A stretch of DNA of 64,000 nucleotides, from NCBI RefSeq assembly GCF_009914755.1, contig NC_060947.1; one strand, 5' to 3'. The notes below the pieces were generated by a model. The model ran no database searches, was not told the DNA's origin, and saw nothing but the letters and a program-made list of their open reading frames with translations. The translations under genes were made by a program, and so were the position numbers. Position 1 is the first letter of the stretch, and every line of letters begins with the position of its first letter. The DNA is from the human T2T-CHM13v2.0 reference genome, Homo sapiens. Shown here in pieces: positions 15,106 to 30,809 of this stretch.

Positions 15106-15959
15106 AATCACAAGCATTGGAGATACAGTAGGGAACAGGGTAGACAGAGCCCTGTCCAGAGGGAGCTGCCATCTGGCCCCAGAGCTAATAAGCGACAGAA
15201 CTGGGGATGAACCGAGATTCTTCTGCCTCCCAAGTCACTCCCAGCTTTCTTCAGCGTTGCCCTGGACAGCACACCCCAGAGCACGATGGGAGCTGCAGCA
15301 AGGTCACTGGCAACTGCCCCCAAGACCAAAAGCCCTCCCTCCAAAGGGGCTCAAGCCTGCCCAGTGCAATCCGGCAGCTCAGTGAGGAGACAAACTCAGG
15401 GCTCGCAGTCCCGTCCTGCACAGGGGCTGCCAGGCCTTCCCTACCTTTCCTGAAGACCTCTGGCCCACAAGACCTCGCATGAAAAGGAAATTTCATGTAT
15501 TTATTACTCAGCAGAGGAAATATAAAATACTTAGACCCAGAAATGAAAAGAGCATTTGGACAGTACCAAACTATTAAAGGATTTTCTTGCACATTCTGGC
15601 CATTGAAGAGGTGACAGGACAGAGTTGGGGGACCCACGGAGACTGAGGACATGGGAAGGACCAGGCATTGGCTTTCGAGGGATGTGGTTTGTGGATCACT
15701 GTTAGATGGTCACTGTTGGGCTGAGGGCCTCAGAGTGACACCAGTTAATGGTCAGTTATTTAATGACTGTTCAGGCTTTTGCCACTCTGGCCCTTAAGCC
15801 CCTAGAGGCTGGAGTGACCAGGGAAGTGCACCACGGTGGAAACTGTCACCCACATAAACAGAAAGACCCTGGGCCCTCTGTCCCAGGTTTTCCAATCCCA
15901 TAGGCACAGCAGGTTAGGTACAGAAGGGAATGTTCTGGAGGCCACCAACTGTCATTCCT

Positions 15960-16140
15960 TCTACCTTGTAGCATTATGCAGCTCATGTCATCCAACTAGC
16001 CCTGCCTCACAAATGAGGTCAGCACTATTGTCCCTATATTACAGATGGGGAAACTGAGTCTTCGAGAGGTTGCTCTCAGACACAGGCCAGAAATGGCAAC
16101 GTCGGGGCAAGAAACAAGATCTCCCAAGTCCCACACGTGA
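15960..16140 (-). mobile_element. MIR SINE
   Basis: ccctatattacagatggggaaactgag. Confidence 0.75.
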
Positions 16141-16233
16141 TGTTTTTTCCTCCACGTTCACTTGTAGTGATAGGGAACCTTCTCAGGCCCAAGAACCTTC
16201 TAGGACAGTGAGGTTCACAAAGGGCCTGCTCCC

Positions 16234-17087
<854 letters not shown>

Positions 17088-17204
17088 GCTTATAACTAAT
17101 CTCCTAACACTACTACACTAATAACTAGTATTCCCTTCACCTCCAAGTCTTCTCAGGCCAGAGCATGTAACCCTGACTTTCTTGGCCTTACACACAAGCA
17201 CACC

Positions 17205-17249
<45 letters not shown>
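17205..17249. repeat. (CA)n microsatellite
   Basis: Direct reading. Confidence 0.96.
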
Positions 17250-17251
<2 letters not shown>

Positions 17252-18059
17252 GCTGCTTTGATATTGGTGCATTTGCATTATTTAACTTGGTTTCTTTTTC
17301 CCTAAAAAGCATGTGAAAGTTGGTCCTCCTACACAGAAAACATTTGAAATTGCAGTTATGTCATCCTGGGAGAAAGCGAACCTTGAGGTTCCGTGCACTG
17401 TACCACTTACCTTGACTGCCTGGAATACATCCCCGTGCCTTTTGCGTGACTGCCTTTGTTTTGAGCACATCCTAAATTGCCTCTAAGCCAAATGCTGAAT
17501 GTGACCAGAAATGACACAGGATGAATAATGTGGCATATAATTATCACCACATTTCAGATGAGGGCAATGTGCATTTTTCTCAGAGCTAAAGGGATGCAAT
17601 TTTATTTTGTAATACAAAATGCTCCATTTGGGGGTCAGTTTTCGAGCAGCCCTTCATTCTGAAGCAATTTCACGTGAATAAAGGCATTTGTATTCCTGTA
17701 CCGCGTAACACACATTATCCCAGCCCCGACTCCTGGTGTACATTTCTCCACGTGATTCCACCTCCTCTCAATGAACCAGCTTCAGATCCGAATGAGAAGG
17801 TGAATATGACGATGTTTTTGACTTTTTCACGTCTCTGAGTATTTGTCTCCTTTTCTGCCAACTGAGGATGAGCTGGTTTCTCTACAAACTGCTCTCAGAC
17901 CCCACCCTGGGGACTGGATCTTTAACGCCCCAAAGAAGGCCCTGCAGACCTTAGCATAGCACTAACCTTTTGTCCTTGATTGATGATGTCCTAATTTTCT
18001 TTCTCCCCAAAAGCAGACTCTGGGTCAACGATTTGGGACTGGGCAGCTTATTTGGGAGG

Positions 18060-18466
18060 TATATGAGTTTGTTCAGGCTGCCATAACAAAATATTACAGG
18101 CTGGGTGGGTTAAGCAACAGATACTAGTTTTCTCATAGTGCTGGAGGCTGGAAGCACAACATCAAGGTGCCAATAGAGTCAGATTCCTCTGAGGCCTCTC
18201 TCCTTAGCTTGCAGATAGCTGCCTTCTCACTGTCCCTTCACACAATTGTCCCTCTGTGCACACTCTCCTGGTGTCTCTTTTTGTGTCCAAATTTCCTCTT
18301 CTCGTAAGGACACCAGGCATATTTCCATTAGGGCTCCACCTTAATTGCCTTATTTTAACTTAATCATGTCTTTAAAGGCCCTAACTCCAAACACAGTCAC
18401 ATTCTAAGGTCCTGGCGTTCGGGCTTCAGCATATGAATTTGGCAGGACACACTTCAGCCCATAGAA
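18060..18466 (-). mobile_element. MaLR solo LTR (MLT1B/C-like) with 5-bp TSD
   Basis: ggctgccataacaaa...ctggaggctggaag...cagcccata; TSD ggagg at 18055-18059 and 18467-18471. Confidence 0.9.
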
Positions 18467-18661
18467 GGAGGTGATCATGGGTAAGGAGAACACCGATAGA
18501 AGATGCGTTGAGGAGCGGGGGTTTTCTGTGGGCAACTGGGGCTCAGGCTCTCAGGGGGCCTCGCTGGGAGAGTGCACTACAGAATTATCCCACCAAAGGG
18601 CAAGGAAGATGGGATGCTGATGCACCCATGGATCCCCCATTGATCAAGTATTCACTACTAA

Positions 18662-18954
18662 GGCCAGGTGTGGTGGCCCACACCTGTAATTCCAGCACTC
18701 GGAGAGGCTGAGGCGGGAGGATTGCTTGAACCCAGGAGTTCGAGACCAGCCTGGGCAACATAAGGAGACCCCATCTCTACAAAAATACAAAAATTAGCCG
18801 GGCAAGGTGACGTGCACCTGTAGTCCCAGCTACTCGGGAGGCTGAGGTGGGAGAATCACCTGAACCTGGGAGGTCAAGGCTGCAGTGAGCTGATTGTGCC
18901 ACTGCACTCCAGCCTGGGCAACAGAGAAAGACCCTGCCTCTCTCCAAAAAAAAA
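18662..18954 (+). mobile_element. Alu (AluJ-like)
   Basis: gaggtcaaggctgcagtgag diagnostic; dimer plus tail. Confidence 0.94.
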
Positions 18955-20439
18955 GAGAGAGAGTTCATGCTAGAGGCAGTTCCTACCCTGTTGCTTTCCA
19001 GGCTGAGGGCATGCCCGTGACTAGAAAATACCCTCAGGCAGAGAGAAAGGAAGCCTTGGGAATATACTGGAAGGACTGCAGGTGAGATGCCCCAGAAATT
19101 CCAAAGGAAGGGCAACCACTTTGAAAAGAGAGAACAACAGCTGAATTTTATTTCCAGCTGTGATATGATTATTATTTAAAAGTGATAGTTATAAGACTAC
19201 ACTGGCTCAGAACAGGATCGTCTACCCCAAGCTCCCTTCTTTACAGGCAGTTGTGGCTTAGCAAGGTGACCTGCCATGCCTAAAGTTGACAAAGGGAAGG
19301 AGAGAAATGAGACCTAGACCCGAATGTCCAGACTTCCAGACCAGTGCCGTCTCCACCCCTACAGGCTGCTTCCTCGTGTTCCTTTTTTTTTTCTCAGTGA
19401 GCAAGAGCAGGCTTGGATTTGATAGTCCCTTCGCTGGTTAATAAACTCTCAGCACATCAGAAGATACAAATGAAAACAATGAAAAATCTAAAAAAGGTCA
19501 ATGGTCATTCCCTTCCCACACACCGTTTCCACATCAGGAGCCAGCTAGAGACCCCAAGAGCCAGTCAGAAAAGAGAAGCCACCCTCCAGTCATAGAAGGC
19601 TGGATGTTAAGCCATGCCCAAGTCCCACATGTGAGCAGAGGAGGCTTCCAGAAGCTGCAGGACCTTGCCAGAAGGCGCCGAAGTCTTCTAAGTGCCCCAT
19701 CCTACAGAGAAGTAGGCTCTCCCTTGGGAGTCAGAACCATCAATAATAATAAAACAAGACACTTTTATAGATTTTGCAATTTATGTTGCTCATTTATTCC
19801 TCACAACGACCTTGTAAGGTCAATATCACTGGCCCCATTTTATGGACATGCAAACTGCACACTCTGGCTCAGTGAATGTCACTTAGGACCATGCCTTCAG
19901 GTAAATTGAGCACTTCATCTTGAAATTGGAATGCTTACTCGGTTGAGGCAAAAGTCTCCACTAAGGCAGCCTGCAAAGGCTGGTCAAAAATCAAGGCCCT
20001 CCTGCTTTCATCTCTACAGGGTGCCAAGGGCTGCTGGCACCAACATTTCAGTTAAAGCTTTTCCATCTCTCACCAGGGCCCATGAGGTTTCTAGAACGTT
20101 CCAAGAGCAGCAGCTCCAGCAGTAAGTCATGCAGAACTGCTGCTGGTTATGAGCCACAGCAGAGCAAGGAGAAAGCTGTGAATGCTGGCTTGCAGCCTGA
20201 GGAAAGGAAGATGGTGGACAGTCACTCTACTGTCCACATAGGGAGCATCTTAAGTCCACTGAGGAGGAAAAAATCAAATTCCAGAACTGATGACCACTGA
20301 ACTGAACTTTTGGAGTCTGCTCATGCCGAGAGGACCTAGGCATGGTGAGCAAATCTCTCACCAGGGGCCAACCAGCATTATGCGTCTTCAGATGAAGCCT
20401 GAAAGACAGAGGCCAGTGGAGCATCTGCCTACCAGCCAC

Positions 20440-21060
20440 TCCATCCATCCATCTATCCATTCTTGCTTTCATCCAGTGAATATTTCGTAAGTGCCTGCTC
20501 TGTGCCAGGCATTGTTCTAGGCACTAAGGACACAATAGTGAACAAAACAAATGAAATATTTGCTTTCACGGAGGCTTCCATTCCAATGGGAGGAGGAATA
20601 GACAATAAACAAGATCCATAAAAAGGGTACATATGCAGCCAGGAGCCGTGGCTCACGCCTGTAATCCCAGCACTTTAGGAGGCTGAGGCAGCAGATCACC
20701 TGAGGTCAGGAGTTCGAGACCAGCCTGGCCAACATGTTGAAACCCTGTCTCTACTAAAAATACAAAAATTAGCCAGGGGTGATGGTGCGCACCTGCAATC
20801 ACACCTACTCAGGGGGTTGAGGCAGGAGAATTGCTTGAACCTGGGAGTAGAGGTTGCAGTGAGCCGAGGTTGCACCACTGCACTCCAGCCTAGGCAACAG
20901 AGGGATACTCCGTCTCAAAAAAAAAAAAGATGATGATGCTATGGGTTTTGGACTGCTCAGTGGACCGCTGGGGCTGCAGGAGGCTGTAAGGAGGAGCAGG
21001 TGTGGGGGCAGGTTCAGGCCATGCTGAGTTTCTGCTGTCTACTGGACATCTAAGGCCACC
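20440..21060 (-). mobile_element. L2 fragments flanking an Alu
   Basis: catccatcc...tgtgccaggcattgttctaggcact...gtgaacaaaac. Confidence 0.7.
20637..20928 (+). mobile_element. Alu (AluSx-like)
   Basis: Full dimer with poly-A. Confidence 0.96.
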
Positions 21061-24000
21061 TTTTTAAGTGTGGCTCACAGCAGGCCTTCCTCAGGCTGTT
21101 GGATCTCTTCTCTTCTGTTTATCTGGCCCCTTGGTGGCCTCGCCCCACCTCATAGCTCTACATGCTGAACATTCCCGAAGGAGCAATGAGGCTGAAGAGG
21201 CAGCTGTGGTTCAGGGGAGAGGCCCAGGATAGAGCTATGCATTTGAGCCCATGGACCCCAAGAGTGGATGGACCCCAAGATCTAGGAGACCAAGCCTAAA
21301 GGAGAAAACAACAGGTCAGACGCCTCTGCTTGCAGGGAAGTGCCTGCACTGCTAGGAAATGAGGCACAGCCCTCACTCTTGGCAACCAGGACACCTTATG
21401 CCCGGGACACTGGGGGTGGGGGGTGGGGTATGGAATCTGTGGGTGTGCCAGGCAAACAAAGAGCAGGGTGCAGAGGCATGGGCGGGGCCCCTGACGCAAA
21501 GGACCCCTCTCCAGTTCTCGATTAGCTGGGTTCAAGCAAGGCCTGAGGGCTAAGGCAAGCTATTCCAGGCTGATTCAGAGCTGTAATTGCCAGTTATATA
21601 TTTCTCTGATTGACTGAAAAACAATCAAATGAATGAATTCATGACTAAACAATTTATAGACAGACTCGGGAGGTGACACTCAAGCTGCCTCCTGACAGTA
21701 GGCTGCGAGCGAGTCAGGAGGGGCTGGAGAACATTATTATTCTAGAAAAAAAGAAAGTCATTGGGGGCAGCCATGTGGGGTGCGCTGGGCGCACCGGTAG
21801 CTTGGTGTTTCTGCAGCAGAGGACGAGGAGCATTGAGCCTGGAGAGGTAGCTCAGAGAGGGGATTATAAACCACCGCAAGGAACTTGGCCTTCATCTCCA
21901 GACACTGGAAACCCCACAAACGGTTTTCAGGAGGGAATAACAGAGTCCAATGTGCATTTTAAAGAGACCATTCAGGCTGTTCTGCGGAGAGCAAATTTGA
22001 ATAGCATGGGGCAGGCAGTCGAGAGGCCTGGGAGTGGAGATGGGCTAGGGAGATGCTCCCACTGCGTCAATGACTTCCCCCACCCCCCAGCCCCGGTGGA
22101 ATCCAATAGGCCAGGAATCTCTGGCCTTCCCCACATAGCCACTGTCAACCTGGGAGTCCTGGGAGAGATTTCATAAAAGGGGTCCCTAGGGGAGAAGGGT
22201 GGGGACCCACTGCTAGGGAAGCCTCATCTGTCAGTCTTCCTGGAAGCCAATGACAGCAGGGCCCCTTGGGAATGCAGATGACAAGGCGTCTCCAGGCAGA
22301 GCAGGAGGCTGAGAGGTGAGGCAGGAGGGGCCACGATTCTCCATTCCGCCCTTGCCAGCCCAGAAAACAATCACAGGAACCAAGGCGTATTCATTCCCAG
22401 CAAGAGTGGGTCACTGGGAAGAGAGAGGCACCCCGATTCCAGATGAAAGTTTTGATCCCCCCAAAAAGAGAAGGCCTGTTCTTCAGGCCCCTACAGCTCA
22501 AAGGGAAGGTCCAGGGCTGTCTAGAGCCCTTGGATGTGCATTCCCTGCACCCACCCTCCGTCACCCTACCCTGCCTGCTGGCTCTGTGTGTGCTGGACAG
22601 ATGGATAATAAGTTCACAAATCAACACATCAAAGCCGACTAAGAAAAGGCAAACCAGGGAAACTGAGGCCTAGCCAACTGCAGCTGAACTCCATGCTGAG
22701 AATTGAGGTCTAGGCTCCGGCCCGCAGAGAAGCCATCCCTCTCCCCACGAGCACGGCCCCCTCAGAGCCCCTCGCTCCTTTCTCACTGTTATTCTTTGTT
22801 TTCCACAAGGATTCCTCGCGCTGGTTCTGCTAAGGCCCCAGTGCTGGTGTTAGCTCAGGTCTACACTGCAAGCCTAGGAGATTAAAGAACTTTCCCCAAA
22901 TCCCCCCGCAAATCAGAGTAGCGCCGGTGTAGCCAAGATTCCCAAGCAGAGAGCAGAGAGCAAATCCCATCCAGGCACCAGGGAACCCTCTCTCCGGGTC
23001 TCTCAAGGCCTCTGAAAGCCACGGGCTGGCCAGCGAGAGACCTCATTAAAACGGCTCGGTGGCCTGCGTTTGCTGCAAACCCATTAAACAGCCAACATAA
23101 TCCATTCATACATAAAAATAAGGGAAGGGGAAGGAGCGTGGTCCCACAGGATGTGTGTCTGAGAGAAACCGATTCCATAAAAATCCAAACAGAAACGAAG
23201 TTCACGGGGAGGTTTTGGCTGCAGTCGTGTTTTGGCTTCTGGAAATTCCAGCTAGGAAAAGCTTCCCTTTGTGGCCCGTTTGGAAGCACTCAGGCTGGGA
23301 TTCACAGAAACAAGGGAGAAGTGAGGGGGTACCTGGTTTCTTTGCTAACCACCCTATAGCTAAGGAATTATTCTAGAAACCTGGGGTATTTGTTGAAAAG
23401 GGCCAGTTAGGGTCCCGGTGGCAGCTCAGAGGGCTGGAATATGTGGAGAGGGCAAGGTACTAGTTAACATAGACCTACCTCGGCCACCCCAAAGCCAGGC
23501 CACTAGGCTGGGTGTCCACAACAGCTGTGGCCATGGAGATGCTCCCAGAGCTTTGGAAAAGGAAGGAAGACTCCAAGATTTAAATAACTCAGGCAGCAGG
23601 ATCCCTGTTCTTCCCATGGGAAACTATTTCACAGGCCAAGAAACCCCACCATAGGGACCCTTCTCTACAGCCCTCACTGAGGCCAGTACACCATGTGTAC
23701 TCGAGAACAGATACATGTCATCTTGCAGAAGAGAAGGTTAGGAGCTGTTGGATGATTTTTTTAATAAGCTGGTAAACCAGTATTTTTATTCTCTGTCATC
23801 TAAAAAAAAAAAAACACAGAAGAATGCAGCTAGTTTCTTAAATTAGAGATCTGTTGTGTAATTAGTCCATTTTATCTTCTGCGAGTTGTTGCTGTTTTCC
23901 CTCTGTGGTTTCCAGAAATGTCATTGGCTGGGCTTAAAAGTAGGGTTTTTTTTTTCTTCCAGAGAAAAATTCTATAAATATTTTCTCCCTTTTAGCATGT

Positions 24001-24399
24001 TTTAAATTTGAACGACATATTGTAAAGATAGCAAGAGTTATGAAAGCCTCTCTTGGCCGCCAATGAAATGCAGTGGGAAAACTGATTAGAGAGGGAACTT
24101 CTACCCACAGAGAACACAGTTGGGCCCTCCCCAGAGGGGTTCAGGAGCCAGAGTACCCCAGCTTCCTCTGCTCACTGGTACTCAGGCTTGGGAACTGGAG
24201 AGAAGGGGAGGCCACTCTCAAGGTGGGCAGGCAGGCTATACTTGAGGAAATGGTGTCCCTTGCTGATGGTCAGGATTTCACCCTTAGTGATTCATTTCTT
24301 TGGATGGGATTTTAGGCATGAATTTGACATAGTCAGGTATACATTAATGGTTTTCCATGTTAAAATGCATACCCTTTTCTCCAACAAAGGTATACAGGT

Positions 24400-24790
24400 A
24401 TACCATATGTGAGTAAAAATCTATGTAAAGGGATCTTCATGACAGGATGATTTGTAACTAAAAATGACCAGAAACAACCTGAGTTAAAATCCATTGATAG
24501 GAGACTGGTTAGACAAAGTCTGTTATACCCATAAAAGATGTTATGCTGCCATTAAAGAGAATGCAATAGAACTATAGATATTGGTGCAGAATGTTGGGTG
24601 AGATTATACTGTTAAGTGAAAAAACAGGAAATAGGGAATTTTATGGTATGTTTATGATACGCCATCATGTGTCTTTTTAAAAAGGACATATGTGCATAAC
24701 CTTGTGTTAGAAGTTGGCAGCTGGGATAGCCTTCAAGAAGGAAAGTAGAGCCAGGAGGGGGACTTGCTTTTTACTATACACACTGTTCTC
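24400..24790 (+). mobile_element. Ancient L1 (L1ME-like) fragment
   Basis: cagaaacaacctga...atgctgccattaaagagaatg...ctgttaagtgaaaaaa. Confidence 0.65.
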
Positions 24791-24920
24791 CTGTTGTACT
24801 GTCCACTCACAGTGCTATCACTTGCCTTTCTTTAAAATAACACATTTATATATAATCATATACATATAGCCTTGTATATATGCCTCAATTATCTTGGGAG
24901 GCATATATAAGAAGTTGGGA

Positions 24921-25900
<980 letters not shown>

Positions 25901-26239
25901 AAGGCTGTTCTGGGGATGATTTTAGATGGGTGGGCTGATCCCTCAGAAGGTGGGAGAATAAATTCTATTCTGCATGCCTTTGGATCCACATAGAGAACAT
26001 GGGTTAATGTTCCCAGCCATATGTTCCCAAAGGCCCCCTGGTATGTCCTATTCTGTGCCCACAAAACCCCATGTCTATTGCTATTGCTGCATGTTAGGAA
26101 TCGGGTTTCTTTGCCTGTCTCCATCCATGGACAGGATGTTTGTTGCAGTCAGGGATGGGTTTATTCCAGTTTGCAGCCCCAGGACCCAGCTCAGAGCCTG
26201 TGGCTTAGAAGTAGGTACTAGCATCAGTTAGATCTGGGC

Positions 26240-26400
26240 ACAGCTATGAGACTTCAGGACTCAGAACCTCACTTTCTTCATCTGTAAAATGTGAAGGGTA
26301 CTAAATCTTCTTCCTAATGCTGGTTATAAAGATGACATCATATAACAAGTCTGCCCGGCACATGGCGGGGGCTTAGTGATGATAATAGCTTAGTCTAAGA
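26240..26400 (+). mobile_element. MIR SINE
   Basis: cctcactttcttcatctgtaaaatgtg. Confidence 0.7.
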
Positions 26401-26475
26401 TAATATCTCAGTAAATGTTTATTGAACGAATAAATTCCTCCCATGAGGTTGAGGTGGGTTAAAATGCAAATACCT

Positions 26476-27338
<863 letters not shown>

Positions 27339-27344
27339 AAAATA

Positions 27345-27449
27345 TGAGATGGTGTCTTGCTATGTTGCCCAGACTGGTCTCAAACTCCCGGGCTCAAGCA
27401 ATCCTCCTGCCTTGGCCTCTCAAAGTCCTGGGATTACAGGGGCCCGGCC
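27345..27449 (-). mobile_element. FLAM / Alu left monomer
   Basis: tatgttgcccagactggtctcaaactcc...gggattacagg. Confidence 0.9.
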
Positions 27450-27459
27450 TCAGCTCTTA

Positions 27460-27620
27460 CAAGTGCTATCCAGTTGAAGTCTCCCAGTAACCCTGGAAAG
27501 AATCTTTTATTGTCCTCATTTTCCAGACCAGGAGACTGGGGAGCCAGGAAGGAAAATAACTCACAAGATTATGAAGCCAAAATTTGAACCCAGTTCCATC
27601 TGACTCCAAAACTCATGCTG
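27460..27620 (-). mobile_element. MIR SINE fragment
   Basis: cctcattttccaga...atttgaacccagttccatctgactccaaa. Confidence 0.65.
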
Positions 27621-28757
27621 TCACCCAGCCTTGCCAGCCTGCCTGCTGGTGGGCCTCCTGGTGGCTCTGTGTAGCCCGGGCCTTGTACATGCCAGTCGCT
27701 TAGGTCTGTCACGCCCCAGAGTGTTGGTTTACTGAGAGCCAGGGAAATCTTCGTGCCAAAGGGGCCTGAAAACCTCTCAGTCACAGATGAAAAACAAATC
27801 TGCGTATGTCCATTCGGGGCTCGTGCGGCTGGTAGCGGCCAGGCCCTGGGGAGCGCCCCTTCTCTGAGCCATCACCAGGAGGCAGGCAGCCTCTTCCACG
27901 GCTCTTTCCCTCCCAGCAGCCTGGAGGCCACTGACTGTGAGGACATCACTAAGCTCTCCGAGAGGAATGGACTCAACTGCAGGGGGTTCAGTGACTCACC
28001 TCCAGCCAGGCCCTCCCAGGAAGAACCTGTGGCTGTACAACCCTCCACCCCCCAGTGCCATCTTGCCAAGGTTTTGCCCGGCGTCGTCGACCTGGGGTGC
28101 AGAAAGCAGCCGGTGAATGGCAAAAAAGGGGCCTGCAGTCAGCAGGGCCTGCCTGTACCTCCCCACACACAGAGGACCTCGCTCGGGCCACCGGAGAGTG
28201 TGCTGGTACTGCCTGGAGGGGCCCAGGCAGCCAAGGAACAGCCTTCTTGGGCGGCCGTGCAGCCTGCCTGAGGGGCCAGGTCTCTCCAGCCTGCCAGAAG
28301 CTGGTGGCCCAGCACTGGCAGGAGACTCTCCTGACCTGCCCCAGCAAGCCCACAGGGGAAGGCTCAAGCTGTTAAAGTGGCACTAGCAGAAGGGAAGTAA
28401 TGGGCACTGGGATTCTTGACAACATTTCCGTTCGGGCTGGTTCCGCGTTTCCCTCAAGCGAAGGTAATGCTGTTTCCAGCATCTGAGCTCCTAGAGGAGA
28501 GGGAAACATCCCTGCTCAGTGCCTGGCTGCAGAGGGAGGGGTAAGACACACAGGAGCCTGCTGGAGGGTGAGGGAGGGGAAAGGGGCAGGACAGCCACCT
28601 GTGCCCAGGAGAACCATCTGCCTGGTCACTCTTAGCCCAACAAATGGCCAAACAAAGATGAGCTTCTGAGTGACCCCGACAACTGAAAGCGGCCAAGGCT
28701 GAAGTCCACGGTGGGAAGCCAGAACTTTGACATCCACTAGCTTACAAGTCAACGTTG

Positions 28758-28760
<3 letters not shown>

Positions 28761-28809
<49 letters not shown>
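28761..28809. repeat. (TC)n microsatellite
   Basis: About 24 pure units. Confidence 0.98.
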
Positions 28810-28812
<3 letters not shown>

Positions 28813-29154
28813 GTCAGGAACAGCACTGGAAGCCAACAGGCCAGATGGAGTTAGTCCTGAAGTCAAACTTTCAGAAAGAAAAATGTCTTAGTCTTCAAGG
28901 TGAGTGTGCCAGTTGCCTACCAGCAGATCAGTTGGTCATAGTGGACCCCAGACTGCACAGGCTTTGGAAACAGTCTGCTGTTTAGAGAGTAGTCTAGGTT
29001 CACTTTGGAGGGCTTCTGGAGACCTGCTTCCGTGTCCTCTTTGTCCCCCACCCCACCCCACCACCTCTGCCAGGCCTGCCCCTTAGCAAACTCAACCCTT
29101 AAGCATTGAAGCATACTAGGGCTCCTTGGTTCTTAAGGTAACTTGAGATCCCTC

Positions 29155-29400
29155 AGGTGTGGCATTTAAAAGCAAAGGTTCTAGATTTGGACAAATTTAG
29201 GTTTGAATCCCAGTTCTGCCTCCTACTAGCCGTGGACTTTGGGTAAGCTATTTGAGCTCTCTGGGTTTCACTTTCCTTATCTGAAAAATGAAACTAATAG
29301 TAATACTTATGCAGGGTGGCATTGTAAAGTTTAAAGAACAGAAGTGAAGTGTTCAGGGTTTAGCCCAGCACCCAGCACACAGTAGACACTCAACAAATGT
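29155..29400 (+). mobile_element. MIR SINE, near full length
   Basis: ggtttgaatcccagttctgcc...tttccttatctgaaaaatg...cactcaacaaatg. Confidence 0.85.
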
Positions 29401-29599
29401 TGGTACCTCCAGCACCCCAGAATTCTAGCCTGGGACAATCCAGGGCAGGCTGGCTGAAGCTCAAAGCAGCAAGACGGCCGCCAAAATGTAATCTACTCAC
29501 TGGCTGATTCTCCAAAATACCCTCCCAGTCTATGCATCCTGGGCTCTGTCCCTAAGAGGAAGCCAGACCTTTCTGCTCACCAACTCGTCCCCCTGCACC

Positions 29600-30010
29600 T
29601 TCCTGATTGAAGCCACATTCCACGTCATGCCTGTACATCTTCCCCTCGCCCTTCAGACCCAGGTAGGGGCGCTCCCTGAGCCCCCAGCGGGGGGTGGGGC
29701 GGGCACCCATTGGCAGAGAGCAGAGACGCTGGGCTCCTGACCTCAGCACACATAGGTGATGCTCCAAGGGGGCTGCGCTCAGACACATCTTAAGGGGAAA
29801 CCACAAGACTGAGCCATTGTGCTTATTGGCGCCATAAATCACCAACGGTTCCTATCTTGCTGCACCTCCCTGCCCCCGCTCCCTTCCAGCTAAGCTGTCC
29901 CAGGGCCCGCCCCCCCACCACCTCCCGACACCACCACCAGGGCCTGCATGACTCCCCAAGTCGGGGGCCAGAGCCACCCGCTCACTTACAAGCAGGATGA
30001 GTTCCGCGGA
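29600..30010. promoter_or_regulatory. GC-rich promoter/enhancer-like segment
   Basis: ccacgtca, GC boxes ggggcggg and cccgcccc, two attgg (inverted CCAAT), raised CpG. Confidence 0.4.
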
Positions 30011-30809
30011 GTTTATTTGTTCTCCTTCTTTTTCAAAAATCTGAACTGCCTTTGTTCCTGAACAATAAGGAGTGTGCAGCTATGGAAGGTGAGGGGCCAC
30101 GGGTGGATTGGGGTGGGGTGAGAACAAGGGCTTGGGGGGTCGAGGGCAGGCCTAGAGAGCTTGGATGCTCGGCAAGCCCAGGGCCAGCGCTCCCCTGAAC
30201 TCTGGCCCCTGGCCAGCCCTCCTCAAAGCTGAGATGACTTCCTGGCTTCTGTATCCAGAACACATTCTCTATTACTCTGTCCACAGCCCTTTTTTCAAAA
30301 TGGTCACAGGGTTCAACTCAGCCTAACTGGACACAGGCCTGGTCCCTGCAGCATCGAAGAAGCCAGGGGTAGCATCTTTGGCCAAGTCACCCACTGACCC
30401 CCACGGCCTGGCAACTTTTGTGCTTCCCACCTGCATGTCACCTCTGGGGGTCCCTTCCCTCCAAGAACGTTGCCATCAGGTGGTCTTTCTGATTTCCTCT
30501 GCTTCAGCAAAGGCCTTATTTTTTACTCAAGAGCCTGGCTTCCTGATCTGCACAAAAGAGACTCTCCAGATGTGTCCTGGAAAATCCCCCAAAAGTAGGG
30601 GGAAAGGTCCCAGTCAAAGCCAAAGCAAGGAAGAGGAAAAAGAGGAAGGAGGAAACTGTCATGGGATAAGATTTTGTCACATATCTGTAATTAAAGGTCC
30701 TCTTATATGTGCATACACAAACACACGCACGTATACGCATAACACGGTTAACAAATATTAAGATCTTAACAGTGGCCTTCTCTAGGAAAGATGGGATTAT
30801 GGGTGACTT

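Larger units (their letters stand above)
17987..19090 (-). mobile_element. ERVL LTR (LTR16/LTR33-like) hosting an MLT1 and an Alu
   Basis: tgtcctaa...aaaagcagactctg...ttatttgggagg|tgatc rejoins once the MLT1 is removed; right boundary uncertain. Confidence 0.55.

Noticed and set aside
21251-21280. 13-bp duplication atggaccccaaga, also tctatggtgata at 40107/40123
   Set aside because: Ordinary slippage micro-duplications with no further structure
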